From Bacteroidales bacterium UBA5507 (GTDB lineage Bacteria > Bacteroidota > Bacteroidia > Bacteroidales > Lentimicrobiaceae), in the NCBI GenBank assembly GCA_002426195.1, contig DIOT01000013.1:55938-119937 (forward strand): DNA of 64,000 nt, in the 5' to 3' direction. Shown here in pieces: positions 10,646 to 20,189 of this stretch. The notes below the pieces were generated by a model that saw only the letters and a program-made list of their open reading frames with translations, was not told the DNA's origin and did not search any database. Numbering within the stretch: position 1 is the stretch's first letter; each line of letters opens with the position of its first letter. The translations under genes were made by a program, and so were the position numbers.

Positions 10646-10672
10646 AGGAGGGATTAATTCCCTCCTTTTTTT
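10646..10672 (+). terminator. Intrinsic terminator
   Basis: Stem-loop aggaggga-ttaat-tccctcct followed by a T tract. Confidence 0.85.
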
Positions 10673-10748
10673 GACTGAATAAGTTCAGGGAACTTTATGT
10701 ATAACTTTACGTTTAACTTAGCCAACTTCACACACCAATCCATAAAGT

Positions 10749-11225
10749 ATGTCACAGGAAATTGAACGCAAATTCTTAGTTCAGGGTGAATTCAAATCAC
10801 TTAGCAATGCATCTTATCGTATTGCACAAGGTTATCTGTCATCAGCGCCTGAACGTACAGTACGCATAAGAATCAAGGATGATAAAGGCTTCATTACCAT
10901 AAAGGGTGCTTCCTCCCCAACCGGGATAGCCCGATATGAATGGGAGAAGGAGATTACTCTCAATGACGCTGAAGAACTGCTGAAATTATGTGAGCCTACG
11001 ATTATTGACAAGACCAGATATATTGTTCCCCACAGGAACCTTGATTTCGAAGTCGATGTTTTCCATGGCAAAAATGAAGGTCTGATTGTTGCAGAAATTG
11101 AACTGGAATATGAAAATCAGGTAATAGAACTACCTTCATGGATCGGTCGGGAAGTTACAGGAATTAAAAAATACTATAATGCTGAACTTTCCAAAATGCC
11201 TTACAATTTATGGGATTCAGAATGA
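10749..11225 (+). CDS. CYTH-domain (triphosphate tunnel metalloenzyme) protein
   Basis: EIERKFLV signature, RIRIK, RYEWE, KTRY, AEIEL. Confidence 0.9.
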   Translation: MSQEIERKFLVQGEFKSLSNASYRIAQGYLSSAPERTVRIRIKDDKGFITIKGASSPTGIARYEWEKEITLNDAEELLKLCEPTIIDKTRYIVPHRNLDFEVDVFHGKNEGLIVAEIELEYENQVIELPSWIGREVTGIKKYYNAELSKMPYNLWDSE

Positions 11226-11347
11226 AAAACCCCTAAACAATTATTTTGCATAGCTGTTAACAAATGCCGCATTTTTGCACTATTTTTATAATAATTTATC
11301 TATTATGTATTTAACCAATCACTTTTTAACTTAATCAAGTGTATGTT

Positions 11348-14300
11348 ATGAAAAAACATTTACTCATTAATCGAATGCCGGTAAAATTAAGGAGCTTTTT
11401 GCTGCTTCTGCTAATTATTGCCGGCACCAGTGTTTTTGCTCAGGACAAGAGTATAACAGGTATAGTGACTGATCAATCAACAGGAGAAACCCTTCCAGGT
11501 GCTTCAGTAGTTGTAAAAGGAACCACCAAAGGATCAACATCTGACATTGACGGTAAATTTAACCAGATGGTTACACCTGGCGAAAATACTCTGGTGGTTA
11601 GTTATATCGGATATGAAACAATTGAAGTTACTATCGGGAACCAGAGTTCTTTAATGATTTCCATGACACCGACTGCTGCTTCTCTCGAAGGTGTAGTTGT
11701 TGTTGGTTATGGTAGTACAAGAGTTAAAGACCTGACTTCGAGTATCACAACATTAAGAACCGAAGATCTGATTAAAACGCCTTCTTCCGATCCTCTGCAG
11801 GCTTTGCAGGGAAAAGTAGCAGGATTACAGGTTGTTACCAGCGGTGGGCCCGGTGATTCACCAACCATAAGAATACGTGGAGTTGGATCATTCCCTGGAC
11901 GTGACAGTGAGGCTCCGCTTTATGTTGTTGATGGAATGTTTTTCGATAATATCGACTTTCTGAATCCTTCGGATATCGCATCTATGTCGGTTATGAAGGA
12001 CGCATCTGCTGCAGCTATTTATGGTGTAAGAGCTGCTAACGGGGTTGTATTGATTGAAACAAAAAACGGACAATATAATCAGAAGACTCAGGTAACGTAT
12101 GATGGATATGCTGGAATGCAGGTAGCGCAGAATGTGGTGAAAATGGCAAATTCTCAGCAGTTTACAACAATGGCAAATGAATCCGGCTCTGTACCCGATA
12201 TGACTTTTATTCAAAATGCAATGCAACGTTACGGACGTAGTCGTGTTAATCCTAACATCCCAGAGCCAAATACCAACTGGTACGCTGAAATTATTCGTCC
12301 GGCACTGATAAGTAATCACAGCCTTGATTTCTCCGGTGGTACTGATAAGGCTCGTTATTCTTTAGGTTCTAACTACTTCTACCAGGATGGTATTATGGAT
12401 ATGAAAAACCTCTACCAACGTTTGAATCTCCGCTCCAAGGTAGATATTAAGGCTACCGACTGGCTGACTATTGGCGGCAATCTTATATTTAGCAATGCTA
12501 CAAAATATAATGATGCGGGTAATGCCTGGAATGAGGCATATTTTGCAGTTCCTATAATGCCTGTTTACGATCCTGAAAATACTCAAGCCTGGCCTGAGAA
12601 CTTCTCAAATGCACAGGATCTGGGTTACAGAGCAGGCCAGAATCCTTTTCCAAGCATGAATTTCAATATCGACAGGATGAAGATAAAGAAGCTCCTCTCT
12701 AATTTCTATGCGGAGTTTACTATACTGCCTCAGAGCTTGACTTTTAAGACAACCTATAACTATAGTAATACAAATATTGATCAGCGTATTGTTAATCTGC
12801 CATGGTTTATAGGAGATAGCTATAAGAATCCTGATGCCACTTTAACAAGAACGTTAACCGACTATAATAACCACATTTGGGACAACGTTCTTACATTTAA
12901 TCAGGAGTTTGGCGATCATAATCTTACACTTATGGCTGGGACTTCCTTTAAAGATGAAGGATTCACTAAGCTGACCGCTGTTGGTAAAAATTTCCCTACC
13001 GATATGGAACAATCATGGTATCTTAATCTTGCTGACATAATCGATCCCCTTCTTGTAACCGACGATGGACTCCGTCAGTATGGACTGTCTTATTTCGGAC
13101 GACTTTCTTACAATTACAAGGATAGATACCTCCTATATGGAACTTATCGTGCTGATGGCAGCAACAAGTATCAGCAAAAATGGGGTTACTTCCCAACTGT
13201 CGGCGTTGGCTGGGTCATCACCGAAGAGAATTTCTTCCCGAAAAACGACATACTTACATACCTGAAATTAAGAGCAAGCTGGGGACAATTGGGTAATGAT
13301 AAAGTACCTGCCAGTGACGGTACTTTCTCAACACGTATAACCACATGGCCTATGGGAGGAGTTGTTTATCCCGGAACCATAGTTTCGAGCTCATATTCGG
13401 AACTAATGTGGGAACTTACTGAGGAAACTAACATTGGTTTTACAGGTAGAATGATCAACAATAATTTGTCGGTTGAATTTGATTATTTTACACGCGATAC
13501 AAAGAAAGCAGCTATCCCGGTCAGGGCCCCGGGTATAGGCGACTCTTATCTCAAACCGGTTGGAACTATCAGAAACTCGGGTGTTGAATTAGCACTCGAC
13601 TGGACAAACCGGGTTAATGAAAGGTTAAGTTACTCCATTGGAGGGAATATTTCAACACTTAATAATGAGGCTATTGACCTTTATGGACAAGAGTATATAG
13701 ATGGAGGAACAGCTGAATTCCGTCAGCGTACATACGTTGGAGAACCTCTTATGGCATTTTATGGTCTTGAAGTTGCAGGTGTTTATCAAACTCAATCAGA
13801 AGTTGAAAGTGATCCTGCTGCAGTTGCCAATGACCTTGAACCGGGTGACTTAAGATTCGTTGATCAGAACGGCGATGGAAATATCACTGCTGACGACAGG
13901 GTTATACTTGGCTCTTATTTCCCCAACCTTATGTATGGTGGATATATTAACATCAGGTTTCTTGCCTTTGATTTCTCAGCAAACTTTTATGGGCAGTCAG
14001 GAAATAAAATCCTGAACCGTAAAAGAGGTGAAATAATCTGGACACCCGACTTTAATATGGATGCTGATCTGGCAGAAAACCGTTGGCATGGCCCCGGAAC
14101 ATCAAATGAATATCCTTCATCAAAAGGGTTGCGAAAAGGATGGAATCAACAAATGAGCACATTTTTTGTCGAGAATGGTTCATTCTTTAACATTCAGAAT
14201 GTGCAGATAGGTTATACAATAAAGAACAGCAGACTACTGGGCAGCAATTTCCCTGAAACAAGAGTTTCGTTAACAGCCGAACGTCCCTACTCCTTCTTCA

Positions 14301-14398
14301 CATATAACGGTTTCACACCCGAAGTACCTAATGGAGTTGATACACAAACATACCCGGTATCTGCGGTTTATACCTTTAACCTAAACATCAAGTTCTAA
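11348..14398 (+). CDS. SusC/RagA-family TonB-dependent transporter
   Basis: VVVVGYG, PLYVVDG, KDASAAAIYGVRAANGVVLIETK SusC signature and terminal Phe. ATG 11348 preferred over GTG 11339. Confidence 0.95.
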   Translation: MKKHLLINRMPVKLRSFLLLLLIIAGTSVFAQDKSITGIVTDQSTGETLPGASVVVKGTTKGSTSDIDGKFNQMVTPGENTLVVSYIGYETIEVTIGNQSSLMISMTPTAASLEGVVVVGYGSTRVKDLTSSITTLRTEDLIKTPSSDPLQALQGKVAGLQVVTSGGPGDSPTIRIRGVGSFPGRDSEAPLYVVDGMFFDNIDFLNPSDIASMSVMKDASAAAIYGVRAANGVVLIETKNGQYNQKTQVTYDGYAGMQVAQNVVKMANSQQFTTMANESGSVPDMTFIQNAMQRYGRSRVNPNIPEPNTNWYAEIIRPALISNHSLDFSGGTDKARYSLGSNYFYQDGIMDMKNLYQRLNLRSKVDIKATDWLTIGGNLIFSNATKYNDAGNAWNEAYFAVPIMPVYDPENTQAWPENFSNAQDLGYRAGQNPFPSMNFNIDRMKIKKLLSNFYAEFTILPQSLTFKTTYNYSNTNIDQRIVNLPWFIGDSYKNPDATLTRTLTDYNNHIWDNVLTFNQEFGDHNLTLMAGTSFKDEGFTKLTAVGKNFPTDMEQSWYLNLADIIDPLLVTDDGLRQYGLSYFGRLSYNYKDRYLLYGTYRADGSNKYQQKWGYFPTVGVGWVITEENFFPKNDILTYLKLRASWGQLGNDKVPASDGTFSTRITTWPMGGVVYPGTIVSSSYSELMWELTEETNIGFTGRMINNNLSVEFDYFTRDTKKAAIPVRAPGIGDSYLKPVGTIRNSGVELALDWTNRVNERLSYSIGGNISTLNNEAIDLYGQEYIDGGTAEFRQRTYVGEPLMAFYGLEVAGVYQTQSEVESDPAAVANDLEPGDLRFVDQNGDGNITADDRVILGSYFPNLMYGGYINIRFLAFDFSANFYGQSGNKILNRKRGEIIWTPDFNMDADLAENRWHGPGTSNEYPSSKGLRKGWNQQMSTFFVENGSFFNIQNVQIGYTIKNSRLLGSNFPETRVSLTAERPYSFFTYNGFTPEVPNGVDTQTYPVSAVYTFNLNIKF

Positions 14399-14417
14399 CC
14401 GATAAAATATTCTTGAC

Positions 14418-15947
14418 ATGAAATCATTTAATCCTAAATATAAAATATTGCTGGCTGTGGCACTTCTGGTATTTGCCACAGGTTGTGAGAAGTTTCTGGA
14501 TGAACCTGCCGAAAACAGGAAACTTACAGAAACAACCGATTACACACAAAGTGCCAATATGGTAAAGCCTCTGCTTGGTGCATATTCGGAATTCAATGGC
14601 ATTGAATGGGAAAACATTCCACTTATCAGTGTAAGAGGAGATGATGTCAATGCCGGTGGATTAGGCGACCAGCAGGACTTTGCTCAAACTGATATTTACC
14701 GGTACAATAAGGATTACTGGATGTACAACTCACTCTTCCAGAATTTCTACCAGAACATTTATTCAGCAAACTCTGCAATTGAACAGGTTACTTTATATCA
14801 GCAATATGCTACAAATAAGGCATTGGGCGACCAGTACATTGCCGAGGCTAAAGTGTTGAAATCATGGTGGTTGTTTCAATTAACCAGAGTATGGGGAGCA
14901 CTGCCAATTCCGCCTTCATCAGATCCTGCAGCACTTCTTCCTGCTCCTTTATCATCAAAAGAAGAAATACTTCATACTATTTCCACATGGATGGATGAAG
15001 CTATTCCTTATTTACCTGCCCTCCGTCCAAACGAAAGAACCGATATACCCGGAGGAGTTACAAAGTACACTGCATACGCGATCAAAGCTCTTGCAAATCT
15101 TGAACTGGAAGAATATCAAATTGTTGCAGATGCAACCGGTGAAATTATCAACTCTAATCGTTTTACCCTTGAACCTGATTTCTATGAACTTTTCAAACTG
15201 AAAGGGAAACTGAATGATGAGAATCTTCTTGAACTCCAATATTCAGACCTTGGACAGGGTTCAGGTGAGAACTATGCGCATTTATTTGCATTCTACGGAC
15301 CCCAAGGGTGGTCTCCTGCTGTTTCAGGATCTAGCGAAGGTTGGGGATTTTATGAACCAAGCATGAAATGGGTCAAGTTTATGCTCGACAGGAATGAAAC
15401 TGTGAGATTGGAAACAAGCGTTTTATGGACAAACAGAGGAATTGATTCACTCATGCAGGATCCAAACTACCAGGATCTGCCATCATGGATATCAAATACA
15501 ACACGCTATGGTGATGTAATCAATGATTTTACAAGAGCTATCTTTGTAAGTGGTAAGCATTACCTGCCATCTACTCAACTCACACCGGGTCGTACTGATT
15601 ATGGAACAAACAAGAATTATCCAATAATCCGATATTCCGAAATTTTGTTAATGTATGCAGAGGCACTGACTCAGGGAGCGAACGGCAGTGCGGGTTCAGC
15701 TGAAAATGCTGTTAATCTGGTACGGGAAAGAGCCGGATTGAATCAGTTGTCGGGCGTAACACTTGATGATGTAATGGATGAAAAGTTTGCCGAACTGGCC
15801 ATGGAAACTGGTCAGAGATATTATGACATGGTTAGACTTAACAGATTTAACGAACTAAGTTATGGTGGAAGAACCTTCACTGAAAATGCCATATTTCTGC
15901 CTTATCCACAAAATCAGGTCGACCAGTTACCTTCACTTAAACAATAG
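14418..15947 (+). CDS. SusD/RagB-family lipoprotein
   Basis: Lipobox ATGC, IIRYSEILLMYAEA, VNLVRERAGL, ELAMETGQRYYDMVR. Lies directly downstream of susC. Confidence 0.93.
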   Translation: MKSFNPKYKILLAVALLVFATGCEKFLDEPAENRKLTETTDYTQSANMVKPLLGAYSEFNGIEWENIPLISVRGDDVNAGGLGDQQDFAQTDIYRYNKDYWMYNSLFQNFYQNIYSANSAIEQVTLYQQYATNKALGDQYIAEAKVLKSWWLFQLTRVWGALPIPPSSDPAALLPAPLSSKEEILHTISTWMDEAIPYLPALRPNERTDIPGGVTKYTAYAIKALANLELEEYQIVADATGEIINSNRFTLEPDFYELFKLKGKLNDENLLELQYSDLGQGSGENYAHLFAFYGPQGWSPAVSGSSEGWGFYEPSMKWVKFMLDRNETVRLETSVLWTNRGIDSLMQDPNYQDLPSWISNTTRYGDVINDFTRAIFVSGKHYLPSTQLTPGRTDYGTNKNYPIIRYSEILLMYAEALTQGANGSAGSAENAVNLVRERAGLNQLSGVTLDDVMDEKFAELAMETGQRYYDMVRLNRFNELSYGGRTFTENAIFLPYPQNQVDQLPSLKQ

Positions 15948-15964
15948 ATTATTAACCAATTGAA

Positions 15965-17044
15965 ATGCAGATTATTATGAAAGCCATAAGACATATATTC
16001 GGAATCTTCCTGATAGTATTGCTGGCAGGAGGTTGTGAACAGGAACTGGATCCGATTACATCGGTAAAACCGGGTGCCGACACAGAAGACCCTGCAGTTG
16101 AAATTACCTTTCCCATTGCAGGGAAAACAATAAGAATTAGTCCTGATATTACTAAAATTACTTTTGTAGCTACAGTGACAGATGATATTGAGATAGGCTC
16201 CGTTAAATTCTATCTCGATGATACTGAAATTGGGAATGTTGAATCCTTCAAAGATTACCGCCGCTCAATTGTTAATATGGATTACGAAGGATTGCCCGAC
16301 GGTGAATATGTACTCAAAGTTGTTGCCACTGACTTAACAGGTAAAAGTGACGAAACTTCGCGCACATTCAGGAAGACAACTGCAGTTCCCTATACACCTC
16401 TTGAAGGTGAAGTTCACTATTTCCCGTTCGAAGGCGACCTTGTTGATGCGCTAACCGGTACTTCAGGAACCAAGGTTGGTTCTCCTGGTTTTGCTGCCGG
16501 AAGATTAGGCGATGCATATAAAGGAGCAAAAGATGCCTACTTTACTTATCCTGCCGATAAATTGAAGGCTTCCGACGAATTCAGTGTGGCATTTTGGATT
16601 AAGGTAAATCCAAATCCAACCAGAGCCGGTTTAATTTCTATCAGCCCTCCGGGCGAAAATCGTAACTCAGGTATCAGAATTTTCAGAGAAGGCACTGCAA
16701 CTGAGCAGAAAATCGGATTAAACTATGGCATTGGAGAAACTGAAGTATGGGTTAACCCATTCTATACATTTGCACCGGGCGATTGGATACATGTTGCTAT
16801 TACTATTTCTGAAAGTCATACTGTTACTTATATTAATGGTGAAGTCGCAGTGGAAAATATCCCTGAAACCCCTTCTCCATTATCCTGGGCAGAAACATCA
16901 TCTACAATGAGCATAGCCTCCGGTGAACCCGATTTTGGATATTGGGAGCATTTTTCCGAGTTAAGCCTGATCGACGAAATGCACTTCTTCGATAGGGTGA
17001 TTACACCCGAAGAAGTTCAGGGCCTGTACAATATTGATAAATAA
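15965..17044 (+). CDS. Surface glycan-binding lipoprotein (Ig-like + LamG/concanavalin domain)
   Basis: Lipobox AGGC, Ig-like N-terminal domain, and LamG motifs FSVAFWIK, WIHVAIT, YINGE, IDEMHFFDR. Confidence 0.8.
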   Translation: MQIIMKAIRHIFGIFLIVLLAGGCEQELDPITSVKPGADTEDPAVEITFPIAGKTIRISPDITKITFVATVTDDIEIGSVKFYLDDTEIGNVESFKDYRRSIVNMDYEGLPDGEYVLKVVATDLTGKSDETSRTFRKTTAVPYTPLEGEVHYFPFEGDLVDALTGTSGTKVGSPGFAAGRLGDAYKGAKDAYFTYPADKLKASDEFSVAFWIKVNPNPTRAGLISISPPGENRNSGIRIFREGTATEQKIGLNYGIGETEVWVNPFYTFAPGDWIHVAITISESHTVTYINGEVAVENIPETPSPLSWAETSSTMSIASGEPDFGYWEHFSELSLIDEMHFFDRVITPEEVQGLYNIDK

Positions 17045-17071
17045 AAGCTTATCTGAGTATCTTAATTTGTA

Positions 17072-17105
17072 CAGAAAGCCGGCTAATTACCGGCTTTCTG
17101 CTTTT
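17072..17105 (+). terminator. Intrinsic terminator ending the susCD-LamG unit
   Basis: 11-bp stem cagaaagccgg-ctaatta-ccggctttctg followed by ctttt. Confidence 0.8.
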
Positions 17106-17155
17106 AGCTATATAATATTTCATTGTCTGCGTTTCTGGAAACACATAAAAATTAT

Positions 17156-17163
17156 TACTTTTG
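17156..17163 (+). promoter_or_regulatory. -7 box (TACTTTTG) for the tRNA pair
   Basis: Exact TAnnTTTG 15 bp before tRNA-Pro. Confidence 0.7.
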
Positions 17164-17178
17164 CAAACTATTAAAGAT

Positions 17179-17252
17179 CGGGATGTAGCGCAGCCTGGTA
17201 GCGCGCTTCGTTCGGGACGAAGAGGCCGCTGGTTCGAATCCAGTCATCCCGA
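17179..17252 (+). tRNA. tRNA-Pro(CGG)
   Basis: Acceptor stem cgggatg/catcccg, anticodon arm cttcg-tt CGG ga-cgaag, T-loop ggttcgaatcc. CCA is not encoded. Confidence 0.96.
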
Positions 17253-17293
17253 CTAAAAGAGCAGCTTGTTAAATGACAAGCTGTTTGCTTTAA

Positions 17294-17369
17294 GCCACTT
17301 TAGCTCAGTCGGTAGAGCAGCGCATTCGTAATGCGCGGGTCGGGGGTTCGAGTCCCCTGAGTGGCTCCA
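17294..17369 (+). tRNA. tRNA-Thr(CGT)
   Basis: Acceptor stem gccactt/gagtggc, anticodon arm gcgca-tt CGT aa-tgcgc, T-loop ggttcgagtcc, encoded CCA. Confidence 0.96.
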
Positions 17370-17408
17370 GTGAATACTTCAGTACCTTGCCCTGAAGCTA
17401 AAGTCCGA

Positions 17409-18473
17409 TCACTCCTTGTTCTGCAATTTCTTATCCGGGAAGATCAGGGATAATACAATACTTAAGATCAGGATACCCAAAATTATATAAAGCGAGTAGG
17501 CGGTTGTAAAGCCTGCATCTTTTAGTAAATCTGCAAATATCATTTTAAAACCAATGAAGGAGAGCAGCACCGCTAATCCCACCTTCAGGAACCTGAAAAT
17601 ATCAATGATATTAACAAGCATAAAGAACATAGCTCTTAGTCCAAGAATCGCAAACACATTTGAGAAAAAGATAATATAAGGATCACTGGTAATAGCAAAA
17701 ATAGCTGGAATGGAGTCCACTGCAAAAATAACATCCGAGAATTCTATAACCATTAAAGTAAGGAACAGAGGAGTAATCATCAATTTCCCATTCTTTCTGA
17801 TTAAGAAATGGTGCCTTACAAAAGTGGGATAAACAGGCAAATACTTTGAGGCAAATTTAACAACCGGATGATCTTTTGTGCTTATATGGTGATCGCCTTT
17901 CTCAAACAGCATCTTGATGCCGGTATATATGAGTAAGATCCCAAAAAGATATAATACCCAGTGGAACTGATGGATAATTGCCGAGGCTGTAAAAATGAAA
18001 ATAAAACGAAAAACAACAGCAGCCAGAATTCCATAAAATAGTACTCTTCTATAGTAAAGAGGATTTACTTTGAAAGCATAAAAGATTACTACCATGACAA
18101 AGATGTTATCCAGCGAAAGCATCTTCTCAATAACGTACCCGGTTATAAATTCAAGTGCAAGGTTTTTATTATAAATTTTGATAGCCTCTGAGTAATCCAG
18201 ACCATCAACATTAATAGGATGTCCATACCTGGCAATCAATTCTTTAATTTCAGCAATTGTACCATCTGCTCCGATATGAATCCAATTACCATGATAAATC
18301 AGTAATACATAAAACCCAATTGAAACAGAGATCCATAAACATGTATACAATAAAGCCTCCCTGAAGGGTACAACATGGTTTTTCTTATCGAGTACACCAA
18401 GGTCCAGCAAAAGGAAACTTACAACAAATACTATAAAAACAGTAAAGAAAATTATTTCCGGCGAATTCATCAC
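17409..18473 (-). CDS. TerC/Alx family metal-homeostasis membrane protein
   Basis: GYVIEKMLSLDNIFV, IEFSDVIFAVDSIPAIFAIT, SNVFAILGLRAMFF and multiple TM helices. Confidence 0.92.
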   Translation of the reverse strand: MMNSPEIIFFTVFIVFVVSFLLLDLGVLDKKNHVVPFREALLYTCLWISVSIGFYVLLIYHGNWIHIGADGTIAEIKELIARYGHPINVDGLDYSEAIKIYNKNLALEFITGYVIEKMLSLDNIFVMVVIFYAFKVNPLYYRRVLFYGILAAVVFRFIFIFTASAIIHQFHWVLYLFGILLIYTGIKMLFEKGDHHISTKDHPVVKFASKYLPVYPTFVRHHFLIRKNGKLMITPLFLTLMVIEFSDVIFAVDSIPAIFAITSDPYIIFFSNVFAILGLRAMFFMLVNIIDIFRFLKVGLAVLLSFIGFKMIFADLLKDAGFTTAYSLYIILGILILSIVLSLIFPDKKLQNKE

Positions 18474-18506
18474 AGTAAACTTATAAGGTCATTATGGCAC
18501 GTGTGG

Positions 18507-18514
18507 CAAAGTTA
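18507..18514 (-). promoter_or_regulatory. -7 box (TAACTTTG) for the terC-like gene
   Basis: Exact TAnnTTTG on the minus strand about 35 bp upstream of the start. Confidence 0.6.
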
Positions 18515-18619
18515 ATTATTACTTTCTGAAAGACTTTCTTAATGAGAAAAACTTTCTACCTTTAACCACTTTTTACCAATAAATAAATGAACCTAAAGTT
18601 TTTATAAAGAGTAACAATC

Positions 18620-20122
18620 ATGAAGAATTTTGCAGAAATGAACCCTAACCCGCTTGTGCAGTACTTGAATAAACCGGCAAGTGAATTTACTAAAGCTGAT
18701 CTCGTTAAGTACATAGTTGATCACAATATTGAAATGGTAAACTTCAGATATGTCGGAGGTGATGGTCGATTAAAAACACTGAATTTTGTTATTAGCTCAT
18801 TACAACATCTTAATAGCATACTTTCAACAGGTGAAAGAGTTGACGGATCAAGCTTATTCCCATTTATTCAGGCAGGATCAAGCGACTTATATGTGGTTCC
18901 GCGTTACAGGACTGCCTTTGTAAATCCTTTTTCCGAAATACCGGCTATTGATATCCTTTGTTCCTACTATAATAAGGATGGTGAACCATTGGCAAGCTCA
19001 CCTGAATATATTCTCAGAAAAGCACATCAGGCACTTAAAGATACAACCGGTTACTCCTTTGAGGTAATGGGTGAACTTGAATATTATGTTATCAGTGATG
19101 AGGAGGATATCTATCCTGCTGTTGACCAAAAAGGTTACCATGAATCAGCGCCATTCGCTAAATGGGAGTTCCTCAGGGTAGAAGCTATGGAAGCTATGGC
19201 TAAAGCCGGTTGCCTAATAAAATATGGCCACTCAGAAGTTGGTAATTTTACTCAGAATGGTCTGCTTTACGAACAAAATGAAATTGAATTCACTCCAACT
19301 ACTCTTGAAGATGCTGCTGATCAGTTGGTAATAGCCAAATGGATTCTTCGCTCATTAGCTTATAAATATGGCGTTACGGTGACATTTGCACCAAAAATAA
19401 CTGTCGGAAAAGCAGGAAGTGGTATGCATATCCATACCAGACTTATTAAAGATGGCAGAAATCAGATGATAGAAGATGGAAAGCTGAGTAATATTGCACG
19501 TAAAGCTATTGCCGGTTATCTCGACCTTGCACCATCACTTACTGCATTCGGAAATGCTAATCCTACTTCATACTTCCGCCTTGTACCTCATCAGGAAGCA
19601 CCAACAAACATATGCTGGGGCGACAGGAACAGAAGTGTTCTGGTAAGAGTTCCATTGGGTTGGGCAGGTAAAAATGATATGATCTTCAACGCCAATCCTA
19701 ATGAAAAACCGGTTTATGAAGACCATTCTCAGCTGCAAACTGTTGAATTCCGTTGTCCTGACGGTTCAGCTGATGTGTATCTGCTACTTGCCGGCTTAAC
19801 TGTGGCAGCCCGCCATGGTATTGAAATGCAGAACGCACTTGAATTAGCCGAAAAATGGTATGTTGATGTAAATATCTTCGACGACTGCTTCAAGGATCGT
19901 TTGGCTCAACTCAATCAACTACCTGTATCTTGCTGGGATTCGGCTAAGGTACTTGAGAAACAATCTGAAATTTATGAGAAATATGATGTATTCCCAAAAA
20001 GCGTTATAGAAGGTATCGCCAGAAAGCTCAGAAGTTTTAATGATGAGCATCTTCGCGAAGAAATCAGTGCCGATAATAATAAGATGCTTCAGTTAGTGGA
20101 AAAGTATTTCCATTGCGGATAA
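18620..20122 (+). CDS. glnA: Glutamine synthetase family protein (type I-like)
   Basis: VDGSS, GELEYY, HSEVG, QNEIEF, GSGMHIH, RLVPHQEAP, NRSVLVRVP, EFRCPD. Confidence 0.85.
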   Translation: MKNFAEMNPNPLVQYLNKPASEFTKADLVKYIVDHNIEMVNFRYVGGDGRLKTLNFVISSLQHLNSILSTGERVDGSSLFPFIQAGSSDLYVVPRYRTAFVNPFSEIPAIDILCSYYNKDGEPLASSPEYILRKAHQALKDTTGYSFEVMGELEYYVISDEEDIYPAVDQKGYHESAPFAKWEFLRVEAMEAMAKAGCLIKYGHSEVGNFTQNGLLYEQNEIEFTPTTLEDAADQLVIAKWILRSLAYKYGVTVTFAPKITVGKAGSGMHIHTRLIKDGRNQMIEDGKLSNIARKAIAGYLDLAPSLTAFGNANPTSYFRLVPHQEAPTNICWGDRNRSVLVRVPLGWAGKNDMIFNANPNEKPVYEDHSQLQTVEFRCPDGSADVYLLLAGLTVAARHGIEMQNALELAEKWYVDVNIFDDCFKDRLAQLNQLPVSCWDSAKVLEKQSEIYEKYDVFPKSVIEGIARKLRSFNDEHLREEISADNNKMLQLVEKYFHCG

Positions 20123-20189
20123 TATTGCAGAGATAGGAAGTCACAAATAATAACGGCTTGGACAATTTAAGGCTTAGCTTTAAATAACT

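Noticed and set aside
17258-17290. Hairpin between the two tRNAs as a separate ncRNA
   Set aside because: A short stem-loop is more simply explained as a terminator or processing structure of the tRNA transcript.
17179-17408. tRNA pair as an integration site for a genomic island
   Set aside because: No integrase nearby and I saw no duplicated tRNA 3' end elsewhere in the window. Flanking genes look chromosomal.
18474-18619. yybP-ykoY (Mn2+) riboswitch upstream of the terC/alx gene
   Set aside because: The -7 box is only about 35 bp from the start codon, leaving no room, and no matching structure is visible.
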